From: Mobula hypostoma
Taxonomy: Eukaryota
Assembly (NCBI RefSeq): GCF_963921235.1
Contig: NC_086109.1
Location: forward strand, 19,346,001-19,410,000
Length of the DNA: 64,000 bases
Direction: 5' to 3'
The position numbers were made by a program, and so were the translations under genes. The notes below the pieces were generated by a model that searched no databases, was not told the origin of the DNA, and saw nothing but the letters and a program-made list of their open reading frames with translations. Positions 63,292-64,000 of the stretch are shown piece by piece; position 1 is the first letter of the stretch; every line of letters starts with the position of its first letter.

Positions 63292-64000
63292 GCTGGTTGT
63301 GGACTGCAGAAGGAATGGAGACAGGCTAGCTCCTATTGCTATCAGTGGATCTGGGGTTGAGAGGGTGAACAGCTTTATGTTCCTGGGCATAAACATCACC
63401 AAGGATCTCACATGGTCTCTACATACCGGCTGTGTGGTGAAAAAGGCACAACAGCGCCTCTTTCACCTCAGGCGATTGAAGAAGTTTGGTATGGGCCCCA
63501 AATCACAAGAACCTTCTATAGGGGCACAACTGAGAGCATCCTGACTGGCTGCATCACTGCCTGTTATGGGAACTGTACTTCCCTCAATTGCTGGACTCTG
63601 CAGAGAGTGGTGCGGACAGCCCAGCGCATCTGTAGATGTGAACTTCCCACTATTCAGGACATCTACAAAGACAGGTGCGTAAAAAGTGCCCAAAGCATTA
63701 CTGGGGACCCGAGTCACCCCAACCACAAACTGTTCCAGCTGCTACCATCCGGGAAACGGTACCGCAGCATAAAAGCCAGGACCAACAGGCTCTGGGACAG
63801 CTTCTTCTACCAGGCCATCAGACTGATTAACTCATGCTGACACAACTGTATTTCTATGTTATATTGACTGTCCTGTTGTACATACTGTTATTATAAATTA
63901 CTATAAATTGCACATTGCACATTTAAATGGAGATGTAACTTGAAGATTTTTACCTCTCATGTGTATGCAGGATGTAAGAAATAAAGTCTATTCAATTCAA
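63292..64000 (+). mobile_element. Rex/Babar-type LINE 3' fragment
   Basis: FLGINITKDLTW..KKAQQRLFHLRRLKKF, ESILTGCITACYG, LPSGKRYRSI..SFFYQAIRLIN; AATAAA then (ttcaa)n. Confidence 0.88.

Overview
Vertebrate genomic DNA with no host protein-coding gene that I can support; it is probably intronic or intergenic. The repeat set (CR1, Rex/Babar, V-SINE/HE1-like SINEs, Penelope tails) suggests a cartilaginous fish, probably a ray, but that is inference. Most of the window is a nested stack of decayed transposable elements: several CR1 LINEs (two near full length), one apparently full-length L1 carrying a Tigger/pogo insertion, many Rex/Babar LINE pieces, an R4/Dong-type element, a solo LTR, two Tc1 remnants, tRNA-type SINEs and many Penelope-like (PLE) pieces. 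Nearly every long ORF in the track is a broken TE protein or its antisense shadow. The most notable signal is a non-autonomous PLE family carrying a minimal hammerhead-ribozyme motif. It includes a 3.1-kb palindromic insertion (41380-44457) whose two arms share one RT-removing deletion, plus many ~150-250 bp ribozyme-plus-tail copies. Also notable are a 220-bp inverted duplication of apparently non-TE DNA next to a LINE 3' end, a ~620-bp SINE-like family with no tRNA head, and a 151-bp insert between 27-bp direct repeats that forms a plausible exon. Family names come from by-eye motif recognition, with no database search. Boundaries without a target-site duplication (TSD) are approximate.
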